From NCBI GenBank assembly GCA_963668175.1, contig OY764159.1, positions 2,816,001 through 2,880,000 of the forward strand: 64,000 nucleotides of DNA. The letters are read 5' to 3'. Made by a program: the position numbers and the translations under genes. The stretch comes from Syntrophales bacterium. GTDB lineage: Bacteria > Desulfobacterota > Syntrophia > Syntrophales > PHBD01. The notes below the pieces were generated by a model. The model saw only the letters and a list, made by a program, of their open reading frames with translations. It did no database searches and was not told the origin of the DNA. Below, piece after piece: positions 1 to 9,116 of the stretch (within the stretch, counting starts at the first letter, position 1; each line of letters starts with the position of its first letter).

Positions 1-2011
1 CCTTGTCGATGTCGTCGAACTTCGGTATTTCCCCCGTCGGCTGCTGGACATGTTCGTAATATTCATAGGCCCTCGCGAGGGCGAATGCGGTTGCTTCCGG
101 AAACTTGTACAAGGGGACGTAGCCTTCCGCGGGCGATCCGATAAGCGCCTTTTCCCCTGTGGATTGCTCGACGCCCAGAAACGAAGCCAGGACAGGTATC
201 CCTTTCTTGCGGTATTCAAGTGCGGACTGCCGGATAGCGAGGGCCATGAAATCCAGAAGTTCCGGCACGGGCGGGATGTAAATCACGACCACGGCGTCGA
301 TATCTTCCTCCAAAAGGAGCTTCAAGGCCCTTTGATATTGCTCCGGCGAAACCGCCGCCGTCGTATCGATGGGATTCAGGTAGCTCGCCTTGGGCGGAAG
401 GAAGGATTTCAGTTCGTTTCTCGTTTTCTCCGACAGGATGGGAAACTGGAAGCCTTCGGCGGACAGTGCGTCGACGGCCATGATGCCCGCGCCGCCCCCA
501 TTGGTCAATACGGCCACTTTGTTGCCTTTCGGCAGGGGCTGGCTGGCGAGGAAAGTCGCAGCGTTGAACAATTCTTCCAGCGTGTTGCATCGGATCATGC
601 CGACCTGCCGGAACAGCGCATCGCTGACGATATCGGCCGACATCATGGCCCCCGTATGCGATGCCGCCGCGCGGGCGCCCGCGGACGAACGTCCGCTTTT
701 CACGACGAGGACCGGTTTCTTGGCCGTGGTTTCACGCGCGATGCGGGCGAATCTTCGGGGATCTCCAAAGGATTCGAGATAGAGCAGGATAATATCCGTA
801 TCCTTGTCTTCCGACCAGTACTGTAAAAGCTCGTTGTCCGACACGTCCGAGCGGTTGCCGATGCTGACGAAATTGGACAATCCCAGGCCTATCGTCGAGC
901 AATAGACCAGGATGGCTCCGCCCAGTGCGCCGCTTTGCGTGCCGAAGGCGACTTTGCCGTGGAGCGGGAAAAGGGGGGCGAACGACGCATTCATGCTGAT
1001 CGCGGGATTCATGTTGAGAATGCCGAGGCAGTTGGGGCCGATGACGCGCATGCCGTAGGCCCGGGCGGTATTGATCAGCTTCTTTTCCCGTTCGATGCCT
1101 TCCCCGCCCATCTCCGAATATCCGGCGGTGATGACCACGAGGCCCTTGACGCCCTTTCGCGCGCAGTCTTCGACCAGCGGCTGGGCTTTTTCGGCGGCGA
1201 CGACGATGACGGCAAGGTCCACCTCGCCCGGAACGTCCAGAATGGACGGATACGTTTTGATCGACGAAACGACCTCGACTTTGGGATTGATGGGATAGAC
1301 GATGCCCGTGTAACCGTAGGCGATCAGATTTTTGACGATCGCATTGCCGATGCCGGGCTTGTTGGATGCGCCAAGAACCGCTATGGACCGGGGTTTCATA
1401 AACCTGTCGATGGAGGCGACGGACGCCCGCAGCTCCCGCTCCGCATATTTGATGATAACGGAAGGGGTCGGAACGATGCTGTACGTCCCCCGCCAACTGG
1501 AGGCCCCCTCCGATTTGTCGACCAGCTCGAATCCGCTTTGCTGCATCATCTTGGTCACTTCGGTGTTCTCGTTCAGGATTTCCACTTCAAAGGTGTCGAT
1601 GTCGCGTTCCTTCGCTATGTAGACCAGCATCTCGAACAGACGCGACCCGATGCCTTTCTTTTGATGCGAATCTTCAACGACGAAGGCTATTCTCGCCGTA
1701 TGGGAAGCGGGCGGCCGCCAATAACGCCCGACCCCGATGATTTTTTCCTCCGTTCCCTCCCCGTGGACAGCCACGACGGCGGACCGGTCGTTGTAATCGA
1801 CGGCGGCATAACGGCGGATGTCCTCCTTCGACCAGGCGGACATATCGAAAAACCGCAGATATTTGCTGCGGTTGCTCAGCCGGTTGACAAAAGACAACAG
1901 CTTGTCTTCATCGTCGATCGTGATTGCTCTCAGATTAATCATGGAACCGTCTTGCAGGGCAAAGGCCCTGGTATATTTTTCAAGATTGGCATGATTTGTT
2001 TTATCGGTCAT
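1..2011 (-). CDS. GNAT acetyltransferase fused to acyl-CoA synthetase (NDP-forming)/CoA-binding domains; runs off the window edge
   Basis: Not in the ORF track. Manual translation from ATG at 2011 (RBS AAGGAGG) gives MTDKTNHANLEKYTRAFALQDGSMINLRAITIDDEDKLLSFVNRLSNRSKYLRFF (GNAT-like). Later motifs VIGPNCLGILN, TQSGALG, VSIGNRSDV and YLESFG are typical of acetate-CoA ligase/Pat proteins. Confidence 0.85.
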   Translation of the reverse strand, partial: MTDKTNHANLEKYTRAFALQDGSMINLRAITIDDEDKLLSFVNRLSNRSKYLRFFDMSAWSKEDIRRYAAVDYNDRSAVVAVHGEGTEEKIIGVGRYWRPPASHTARIAFVVEDSHQKKGIGSRLFEMLVYIAKERDIDTFEVEILNENTEVTKMMQQSGFELVDKSEGASSWRGTYSIVPTPSVIIKYAERELRASVASIDRFMKPRSIAVLGASNKPGIGNAIVKNLIAYGYTGIVYPINPKVEVVSSIKTYPSILDVPGEVDLAVIVVAAEKAQPLVEDCARKGVKGLVVITAGYSEMGGEGIEREKKLINTARAYGMRVIGPNCLGILNMNPAISMNASFAPLFPLHGKVAFGTQSGALGGAILVYCSTIGLGLSNFVSIGNRSDVSDNELLQYWSEDKDTDIILLYLESFGDPRRFARIARETTAKKPVLVVKSGRSSAGARAAASHTGAMMSADIVSDALFRQVGMIRCNTLEELFNAATFLASQPLPKGNKVAVLTNGGGAGIMAVDALSAEGFQFPILSEKTRNELKSFLPPKASYLNPIDTTAAVSPEQYQRALKLLLEEDIDAVVVIYIPPVPELLDFMALAIRQSALEYRKKGIPVLASFLGVEQSTGEKALIGSPAEGYVPLYKFPEATAFALARAYEYYEHVQQPTGEIPKFDDIDK

Positions 2012-2544
2012 TCGGTGCCTCCTTCAGCTTGACATGATGCATCGCCGGCGGGATCGATCCGCGGTCTCGACGGCGCACGGCGACGGCAAAACCGGCCGTG
2101 CCGCAGTGCGTAACTCCTGGGGCGGTTACGCCGGCGACTTGCCGGCATGGTATCATATTAAGCCGATTTTGTAAGCTCCTTAAGCTGCCGGCACATGTCG
2201 CAGACGAGGGCTCCCGACCGGCAGGGCGGGAGCGCGTTGTTGCGCCGGAGGGGCTCTCCGCGCTTGTCCGGCTGACGGCGGGTACGGCCCATGCCGGCGG
2301 TAACCGGTTATCCGGATAACCGCGAAAACGTTCGGTTCCGCCTATCGCTTCCAAAACAGACATGCAGGCAATTTGTAATGCATGATGATTCTTTTGCAAT
2401 TCCCCTAATGTCGGTATGTTATAATTATATTATACCTTATTCTTATTGACATTAATGGTAAAATATATTATGATATCGATATGATAACATGGCAATGCCG
2501 GACAGGACAGAAGGCGTTCGGACCGTTGGCCGTTTATAAGGGAG

Positions 2545-3864
2545 GTGAACAAGATGAACGGAAGAAATAGATGGGCGAACAGGATTATACTCATTATTCT
2601 GATTACATGGGCATGCCTCTCTATCCCCGTGAGCGAAGCAGGAGCTGACGAGAGCTCTTTCCCTTGCCCCGTCTTCCTGAAAAGCGATGGCCGCAATATT
2701 CCCGGCATTGGGAGATACCGGTGGGGATACATCGATATCAAGGGGAACATCGTCATCAAGCCGCGTTTTGTTGATGCGGTGCATTTTCGCGAAGGCCTGG
2801 CGGCGGTGATCGTCAAGGGTAAAGGATATGGATATATAGATGTGAAAGGAAAGTTTGTCATCGATCCGGCTTTCGATCGGGCACAGGATTTCTGGAAGGG
2901 GATGGCCCGCGTCAAGATGAAGGGCAAATGGGGCATCATCGACAAGACCGGGCGGTTCGTCATTCCGCCCGCATACGATCATGTCAACGTTTTCAGGGAA
3001 GGCATGGCCGCGGTTATGGCCGGTGACAAGTGGGGCTTCGTCGACGAGACGGGACGGATTGTCGTTCCGCCCTTATACAAGCAAGTTGAATATTTCAACG
3101 AAGGCATGGCCGCGGTTATGGTCGGCGACAAGTGGGGCTTTGTAGACAAGACGGGGCGGACGGCGATTGAACCGGTGTTTTCATCGGCAGGAAGTTTCAG
3201 CGAAGGCTGCGCGGCCGTAATGATCGACAAAAAAGCAAAATTCATCAATCGTCTCGGGGAAAAAACGATTGCCCGGGAATATGAGGGTGCGGGAGGTTTC
3301 AACGAAGACATGGCCGCAGTCAAGGTTAACGGCAAATACGGCTTCATCAACAGAGCGGGCGACATGGTTATTCAACCGGAATTCGATGAGGTTCATTTTT
3401 TTCATAATGGCCTGGCGGCGGTCAGGGTTAACGGCAAATACGGCTTCATCAACAGAGCGGGCGACATGGTTATTAAACCCGAATTCGACGACTATGAATC
3501 GTTTCATGAGGGCCTGGCGGCGGTTGTTATAAAAGAAAAATGGGGCTTTGTTGACGTGACGGGCAGGCTGGTCGCCGCGCCGCAGTTCGATCGAGTACGG
3601 AGTTTCAGCGAGGGGCTGGCCGCGGTATACGACGGCAGCGATGAAATCCGTTATATCGACAAGTCCGGAAAAATCGTAATCCGCAATAAGCATAAAATCA
3701 CCGACGGCGGCTGGTTGGGAAATTTCGGAAAAGACGGTGTGGCCAAAGTCTGTACCGACTTTACCAGCAATGGTTATTTGGGATGCGGATTCATCGACAG
3801 ACAGGGAAACTTTGTCATCAAGCCGAAATTTACATCAACGAGTTATGGACGAGAAAAAATTTAA
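2545..3864 (+). CDS. Secreted WG-repeat (KWG-type) protein
   Basis: Hydrophobic N-terminal signal, then ~10 repeats of about 36 aa (F-x-EGLAAV...KWGFID..G..VI.P.F). Confidence 0.9.
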   Translation: MNKMNGRNRWANRIILIILITWACLSIPVSEAGADESSFPCPVFLKSDGRNIPGIGRYRWGYIDIKGNIVIKPRFVDAVHFREGLAAVIVKGKGYGYIDVKGKFVIDPAFDRAQDFWKGMARVKMKGKWGIIDKTGRFVIPPAYDHVNVFREGMAAVMAGDKWGFVDETGRIVVPPLYKQVEYFNEGMAAVMVGDKWGFVDKTGRTAIEPVFSSAGSFSEGCAAVMIDKKAKFINRLGEKTIAREYEGAGGFNEDMAAVKVNGKYGFINRAGDMVIQPEFDEVHFFHNGLAAVRVNGKYGFINRAGDMVIKPEFDDYESFHEGLAAVVIKEKWGFVDVTGRLVAAPQFDRVRSFSEGLAAVYDGSDEIRYIDKSGKIVIRNKHKITDGGWLGNFGKDGVAKVCTDFTSNGYLGCGFIDRQGNFVIKPKFTSTSYGREKI

Positions 3865-3876
3865 GGGAGCAAGGAA

Positions 3877-4845
3877 ATGGCAGCATTATACGACAGGTTG
3901 GACGCGGAACAGAAGAAGGTTTACGACAAAATCGTTGCGTTCGGAAAATCGAAAGAGTTTTCAACGGAAGATATCAATATCGCCCTGCAGATCGCCTATG
4001 TGGAGTCCGAATTTGGAAAATTGAAGGACAAAGAAGGTGAAGATGCACCAAAAGGCCTCTATCAATATTCCGAAAGACACTGGAAGGACAGACAACGCCC
4101 CGGCTGGTCGCAAGTCGGCAAGGAAGTCAAAGATATTCTTTCCTCCTGGGGTTATACGAAAGATCCGAAACGTCCTGAAGGTAATACAGATCCTGAATAT
4201 GAAAAAGGCACCGTCAACATTTTTCAGGAAAAGCAGGACGATCAGATAGCGATGTTCTATGCAGAGCTGAAAATTTACACGGATAGATTCAAGAAAGGCG
4301 TATCCGATCCGGCTTATAATAAAGTCTGCCGGAATATGCAATGCCCGACGGATCCATACAGCCGGAAAGCCTTGTATATTGAGGCGACGCACCACAGTGC
4401 CGATAATATCGGGGAAGTTCTCAACGGCTGGAAAAAGAAAGTCCAGCCCAATTTGATGGATAATTTGAATTATTTAAAAAAGAACGCAGTCAAGTGGGAG
4501 AAGAAAATCTCCCAGGACGATACGGAAGCTGCAACAGACAAGGTCGCCGAGGCGACGGAGCGGGATTCCGGGCGGACAACCCCGGCCGGGCAACCGGTCG
4601 ACGCGTATTCAACCGAAGACGGGACGAGAAAAGACCTCGCTGCGGGAAACGAGGCCGAAGCCGAAACGGCGAGAAAAGGCGACGATGCTGGCGAAAGGGA
4701 TGCCGACGATTCCACGAACAAGCGAGGCGGCGCTTTCAAGTCTGCCTCGAACGGTTCGTCCGTGGGCATGCCCGAAGCTCCATGGCGTCATGCGATGGCG
4801 GCGTTGGGCGTGAAGCCCGGCGATGTGCAATTTACAGACTGTTGA
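3877..4845 (+). CDS. Protein with N-terminal lysozyme/lytic transglycosylase-like motif and an acidic low-complexity tail; 3' end interrupted by a MITE
   Basis: IALQIAYVESEFG...KGLYQY resembles the SLT ES...GLxQ motif. RBS AAGGA. The stop codon lies inside the inserted repeat. Confidence 0.6.
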   Translation: MAALYDRLDAEQKKVYDKIVAFGKSKEFSTEDINIALQIAYVESEFGKLKDKEGEDAPKGLYQYSERHWKDRQRPGWSQVGKEVKDILSSWGYTKDPKRPEGNTDPEYEKGTVNIFQEKQDDQIAMFYAELKIYTDRFKKGVSDPAYNKVCRNMQCPTDPYSRKALYIEATHHSADNIGEVLNGWKKKVQPNLMDNLNYLKKNAVKWEKKISQDDTEAATDKVAEATERDSGRTTPAGQPVDAYSTEDGTRKDLAAGNEAEAETARKGDDAGERDADDSTNKRGGAFKSASNGSSVGMPEAPWRHAMAALGVKPGDVQFTDC

Positions 4846-5033
4846 AAAACGTCCATCTGTTGCGTTGCGCCGTAAGCCTCGTCATTCGACATACGTCTAT
4901 GTATACCTCATTCCTCGGCTTTTGCGCGCCTTACATCTGGACATTTTTGAACAGCCTGCGTGCCCCCTGCATAGTAGGGGGACGCGCCCCCCGAATGGGG
5001 AGTTCAAAATCGAGTTTTTCAACAAGCATTTTA
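4832..5033. mobile_element. MITE-like non-coding element, copy 1
   Basis: Inverted ends CAGACTGTTGAAAAA ... TTTTTCAACAAGC, flanked by TTA at 4832-4834 and 5031-5033. Aligns with the reverse complement of 54350-54655. Confidence 0.75.
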
Positions 5034-5049
5034 CGCAGACGGCTGCGAA

Positions 5050-5211
5050 ATGACCGCAGGCGACAGGAAGATCGTGGTGGATAAGATAAACGACTCCGAC
5101 GTGTATGTGGAAACATATGCCAAGAACGACGAAGGGGATTTAAAGCTTCAGAAGACCGTGAGAATCGGCGACAACGACGGGATAACGTTGAGAAGGCCGT
5201 TTGCCGCTTAG
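5050..5211 (+). CDS. Small ORF (53 aa, MTAGDRKIVVDKINDSDVYVETYAK...), or displaced C-terminus of the upstream gene
   Basis: Manual translation gives a natural-looking composition; lies right after the MITE. Confidence 0.4.
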   Translation: MTAGDRKIVVDKINDSDVYVETYAKNDEGDLKLQKTVRIGDNDGITLRRPFAA

Positions 5212-5256
5212 CGTCGGTATTCGCCTGACGGCTACGGCGGAGCGGGGATGGCTTTT

Positions 5257-6603
5257 TCACCCCGCCTTTGCCATCTCCTTCAATTCGCGGTACATCTCGT
5301 AGGTGAGAGTGTCCGACCGGCAGGGCAGGAGCGTGTTGTTGTGCCATAAGGGCTCGCCTGCGATGTCGTAGGGCGACGTCCGTACCGATTCGTCCCAGAG
5401 GGCCGTCCCCGGGATGGGCGAATATTCGGCGATGACGGGCTTCGCCCCGCACGCCTTGACGAAACGGATGCTCCCGGCGACCTCTTCCGCCGTCTGGCCC
5501 GGCAGACCGCAGATAAGGTAGATGCCGATCTCTTCCTGTTTGTAGCCTGCCTCGTGGAGATACCGGCAGGCGGCCTCCAGGTGTTCGTTCCTCACCTTCC
5601 CCCCCGTCTCCTTCTGCCTTTTCGCGTCCGACGTCTCGAAGCCGAACCGGATCGTCTCGAAGCCCGAACGGCGCATGAGAAGGGCCGTATTTTGATCGAT
5701 CCGGTTGAGGTGCAGGCCGTTGGGGCAGTGAAACCTAACGTCGAGTTTACGGCGGATTATTTCCTCTGTAAGGGGGATGAACATGCCCTCCGGATCGGCG
5801 AGGAGCGCATCGTCGTAGAACGAGTAGTGCCGGACGCCCAGGGTATTCCGCCAGTGTTCGATTTCGTCGGCCACCCGGACCGGGTCGCGCCGGCGGAAGC
5901 CGGGGTTCAACAGGTGCGACGCGCAGTAGGTGCAGTTGTATGGGCAGCCCCGCGTCGTGAGGATGGGTAACTGCTCCGGCCGGTTCAGAAGGTCGAAGGC
6001 GGGGTAGGGCAGGGAGTCGGGTCGATCCAGGTCCGGCTCGTATTCGATTCCGCCGCCCAATATCTCGACGATCAGCTTTCGCCATGCCGTTTCCGCCCTT
6101 TCGGCGAAGACAAAGTCCGCCCCGGAGCGTTTCGCGTGATCCGGGCACAGGGCCGGGTAATGCCCCCCGAGGACGACGGGGACACCCGGGAATATCTTCT
6201 TCGCCTCTTCGATTGCCTCCCATACTCCTGGATACCAGTACGTCATCATGGACGTCACGAGGATATGGCCCGGCTTTTTGATGCCTTCCAGGGCCTCCCG
6301 GAACACCTCCGGTCTTATCCCGTACCTGTTGTATTTTCTCGGGACCCCCGAAAGAGGGTAGGGCTTTTCGATGGCCTCCTTGTGGAACTGCCCCTGTCCG
6401 GCTCCTTTCCTCTTTGGAGATTTGACGCCTCCCCGATTTTGCATGAGCGGGTGGTTCGGGTCCAGGCAGTCCAGGTACGAGATACGGTATCCGTTTTTAC
6501 GCAGGTAAGAGGCGAGGTAGAGGAGCCCCAGCGGCTTGATCCAGAAATCGTACGCCGCAAAGTCGTGAATCCACGGGTTGACGAGTAGAATTTGATCCTT
6601 CAT
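5257..6603 (-). CDS. B12-binding domain radical SAM protein
   Basis: N-terminal cobalamin-binding-like region (KPLGLLYLASYL, VVLGGHY), TRGCPYNCTYC motif, YDDAL and FGFET. Confidence 0.9.
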   Translation of the reverse strand: MKDQILLVNPWIHDFAAYDFWIKPLGLLYLASYLRKNGYRISYLDCLDPNHPLMQNRGGVKSPKRKGAGQGQFHKEAIEKPYPLSGVPRKYNRYGIRPEVFREALEGIKKPGHILVTSMMTYWYPGVWEAIEEAKKIFPGVPVVLGGHYPALCPDHAKRSGADFVFAERAETAWRKLIVEILGGGIEYEPDLDRPDSLPYPAFDLLNRPEQLPILTTRGCPYNCTYCASHLLNPGFRRRDPVRVADEIEHWRNTLGVRHYSFYDDALLADPEGMFIPLTEEIIRRKLDVRFHCPNGLHLNRIDQNTALLMRRSGFETIRFGFETSDAKRQKETGGKVRNEHLEAACRYLHEAGYKQEEIGIYLICGLPGQTAEEVAGSIRFVKACGAKPVIAEYSPIPGTALWDESVRTSPYDIAGEPLWHNNTLLPCRSDTLTYEMYRELKEMAKAG

Positions 6604-6638
6604 GTAAGTTCTAAAGAAATGCTAAAGCATACTTTAAC

Positions 6639-6766
6639 TTGTACAGTATAAATACTTGTATTGCTTCTTGTAAACGTAACAATAAAAGATATCGTGTTGT
6701 ACAGTATATCCAATGGGGTCCTGGTGTGAAAATAGTATTGTCATCCGTGATCTTATACTGTATAAG
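6639..6766. promoter_or_regulatory. Three regularly spaced operator-like boxes in a divergent promoter region
   Basis: TTGTACAGTATA at 6639-6650 and 6697-6708; inverted variant TATACTGTATAA at 6754-6765, within the palindrome CTTATACTGTATAAG. Confidence 0.55.
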
Positions 6767-6804
6767 CTCTATTGGCAAATAAAGAATTCGACGGATGTGC
6801 CGCC

Positions 6805-7935
6805 ATGGAGAAAAACTGGATCAGCAGCCTCGAAATCATGGCCAAGACGGGCCTGTCCCGCCAGACGCTCAACAACTATATCAACTGGGGCATCCTGCCC
6901 AAGCCGGAAGTCCGCAAGCCCGACGACCCGTCCGTACGGGCCCGGCAGCTCGGCTACTTCGACCCCTCCGTACTGGAAACGATCGCCGCCGTCAAGAACT
7001 TCAAGGGCCACGGCATACCCATGGCCGAGATCAGAAGAAGGCTGACGGGAAGCAGCGCCCAGGAATCGCTTTTTCCGGAGACACCTTCCGCGCCTCCTTC
7101 AAATGCGGGAAATAAGGCCGCCAGGAGGAACGGACCGCAGCGGGTCCGCCAGGCGTCGCTGTTCGGTACGGGCGACGATGCCGGGGATGAAGCGCTGGAT
7201 GAGGAAAATCTCGCATCATCGGGATTTCATGAAGAAGATGAGGTGGAAAACGAAGCGCGTACCGCGATGTCGGCCGAGCCCCGCGACTTTTGCGTCCTTG
7301 CCGCCACGCTGAAGGATGCGGCGCAGGTAAGGGCGGAACTGCTGCCGGCAAAATACCTCGATCTGTGGCAGAAGCTCTGGACAGCCGCCGAAGCAGCGGT
7401 TCGGGAATGCGACGGCCGCTGGCTCGTCCGGGAAGAAAGCACGATCATCGCGTATTTCCTCAACAATGACCGGAACGAAGCACACGGCCGGGCGGTTGCC
7501 TGCAGCCTGCAATTCATGAAAGAGTCCGAAAAACTGGGGAGTTATCTGAAAAACCGCAACAAGTACATGAGCAATGTATCGGTAGGTATAGGCATTCACA
7601 ACGGATTCGACTATATCGACGCCATGGGAGAGGGACAAGCCGTCCAGGTGATCGACGCCGGGGATACGACGACGGCGGCGGTCAGGCTTTCGCAATATGC
7701 CCGGGGCGGGACCGTCTGGGCGTCGAAGGGCTTCATCAACCGCCTGCCGGAGGGCGTCCGGCGGCGAATCAGGTTCGGCGTCCGGTCCCAGGGGCAGCCG
7801 AACGGTGAATTCCTGGACAGCCGGTTCCTGCGGATCGGCGATTCCCCGTACAACGGCGCCGAGAACGGCCGCCGCGAATTCCCGGAGATCGAAGACATGC
7901 CCGTCACCGAAATCGTCGAACGTTCGCTGAGATAG
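6805..7935 (+). CDS. MerR-like HTH fused to a degenerate class III nucleotide cyclase-like domain
   Basis: N-terminal TGLSRQTLNNYINWGILPKP helix-turn-helix. C-terminal VGIGIHNG...GDTTTAAVRLSQYARGGTVWAS cyclase-like fold. Start may be 6772. Confidence 0.7.
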   Translation: MEKNWISSLEIMAKTGLSRQTLNNYINWGILPKPEVRKPDDPSVRARQLGYFDPSVLETIAAVKNFKGHGIPMAEIRRRLTGSSAQESLFPETPSAPPSNAGNKAARRNGPQRVRQASLFGTGDDAGDEALDEENLASSGFHEEDEVENEARTAMSAEPRDFCVLAATLKDAAQVRAELLPAKYLDLWQKLWTAAEAAVRECDGRWLVREESTIIAYFLNNDRNEAHGRAVACSLQFMKESEKLGSYLKNRNKYMSNVSVGIGIHNGFDYIDAMGEGQAVQVIDAGDTTTAAVRLSQYARGGTVWASKGFINRLPEGVRRRIRFGVRSQGQPNGEFLDSRFLRIGDSPYNGAENGRREFPEIEDMPVTEIVERSLR

Positions 7936-8020
7936 ACCCCTTCGGATAAATCCGGCCGGAGAAAATACTTGCTGACTGCGGGAATTGTTGCTAGCATGCT
8001 CCACTTTAAAGGGGCGGGGC

Positions 8021-8470
8021 ATGAAGGCAGTTCTCCAGCGTGTCGACCGGGCGGGCGTCCAGGTAGAAGGCCGTTCCGTTTCGGAGATCGGCAGGGGCCT
8101 CCTGGTTCTTCTGGGGGTCGAAGCCGGCGACGGCGCGGCGGATGCAGATTATCTATGCGAAAAGATTATCAATCTGCGTATCTTTGAAGACGACCAGGGC
8201 AAGATGAACCTCTCCCTTCTGGATATCAAGGGGGAGATGCTGGTCGTTTCGCAGTTCACCCTTCTCGCCGATTGCCGCAAGGGCCGGCGGCCCTCGTTTG
8301 CGCATGCCGAGGCCCCGGAGGCCGCCCGGAATCTCTACGAATATTTCATGAAGAAGGGCAAGGAAACGCTTCCCGGCGTCGCAGGCGGCATCTTCCAGGC
8401 CATGATGAAGATCGAACTTGTCAACGACGGCCCCGTGACCATCATACTCGATACGAAAAGGGATTCATGA
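8021..8470 (+). CDS. dtd: D-aminoacyl-tRNA deacylase
   Basis: [20 protein letters not shown] and NDGPVT motifs. Confidence 0.97.
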   Translation: MKAVLQRVDRAGVQVEGRSVSEIGRGLLVLLGVEAGDGAADADYLCEKIINLRIFEDDQGKMNLSLLDIKGEMLVVSQFTLLADCRKGRRPSFAHAEAPEAARNLYEYFMKKGKETLPGVAGGIFQAMMKIELVNDGPVTIILDTKRDS

Positions 8471-8961
8471 CCGACGCGAAGACCGACCACACCCCTCCGT
8501 GCGACATCAGGATCGACAAGGAAGGCATCTGGTATTTCCGGGGAGCGGAGATGTTCCGGAGGGAGATCGTCAACCTTTTCTACGAACACATGTACCGCGA
8601 CGAGGCGGGACGGTACGTCATCGAACTCCCCGACGACCGCTGCTTTCTCGAAGTGGAGGACGCGCCCTTCGTCGTGAAAAGCGTGAGCAAGTGCAACAAC
8701 GGCAACGGCGGCGAGGATGTGCTCGTCGTGGAGCTTTCGGACGATAAGACGGAAGAGCTGGACCCCGCGCGCGTCTGGATCGGCGACGACAACGTCCCCT
8801 ACTGCCGCGTCAAGGAAGACCGGTTCCACGCGCGTTTCACCCGCAACGGCTATTATCAGCTCGCCCGGTTCATCGAATACGACGAAGACCGGCAGGCGTT
8901 TTGTATAAGGCTTAACGACCGCAGGCACTACCTGGGGGAAACGCCTCCGGAAAGGCCGTAG
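8467..8961 (+). CDS. DUF1285-like protein
   Basis: [14 protein letters not shown]...VEDAPFVV...[15 protein letters not shown] overlap with dtd. Confidence 0.7.
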   Translation: MTDAKTDHTPPCDIRIDKEGIWYFRGAEMFRREIVNLFYEHMYRDEAGRYVIELPDDRCFLEVEDAPFVVKSVSKCNNGNGGEDVLVVELSDDKTEELDPARVWIGDDNVPYCRVKEDRFHARFTRNGYYQLARFIEYDEDRQAFCIRLNDRRHYLGETPPERP

Positions 8962-9007
8962 CGGCCCGTTATAAAAGAAAAACAAACGGCCCCCTGCAAT
9001 GCCCCTT

Positions 9008-9096
9008 CCGAAGGGCTATGACGAAAGGCCCCGAAGGGCTACGACAAAGGCCCCCGAAGGGCTATGATAAAGGCCCCCGAAGGGCTATGATAAAGG
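9008..9096. repeat. Tandem repeat, 23-bp unit, about 4 copies, in the guaB leader
   Basis: Unit CCGAAGGGCTAYGAYRAAGGCCC-like, starting at 9008, 9031, 9054 and 9077. Confidence 0.9.
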
Positions 9097-9116
9097 AATG
9101 ACGAAAGGATAATCGC

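Noticed and set aside
50..2032. Long + strand ORFs 50-826 and 935-2032
   Set aside because: Antisense shadows of the minus-strand acyl-CoA synthetase-like gene.
9008..9096. CRISPR array
   Set aside because: Units are contiguous with no unique spacers, and there are no cas genes in the window.
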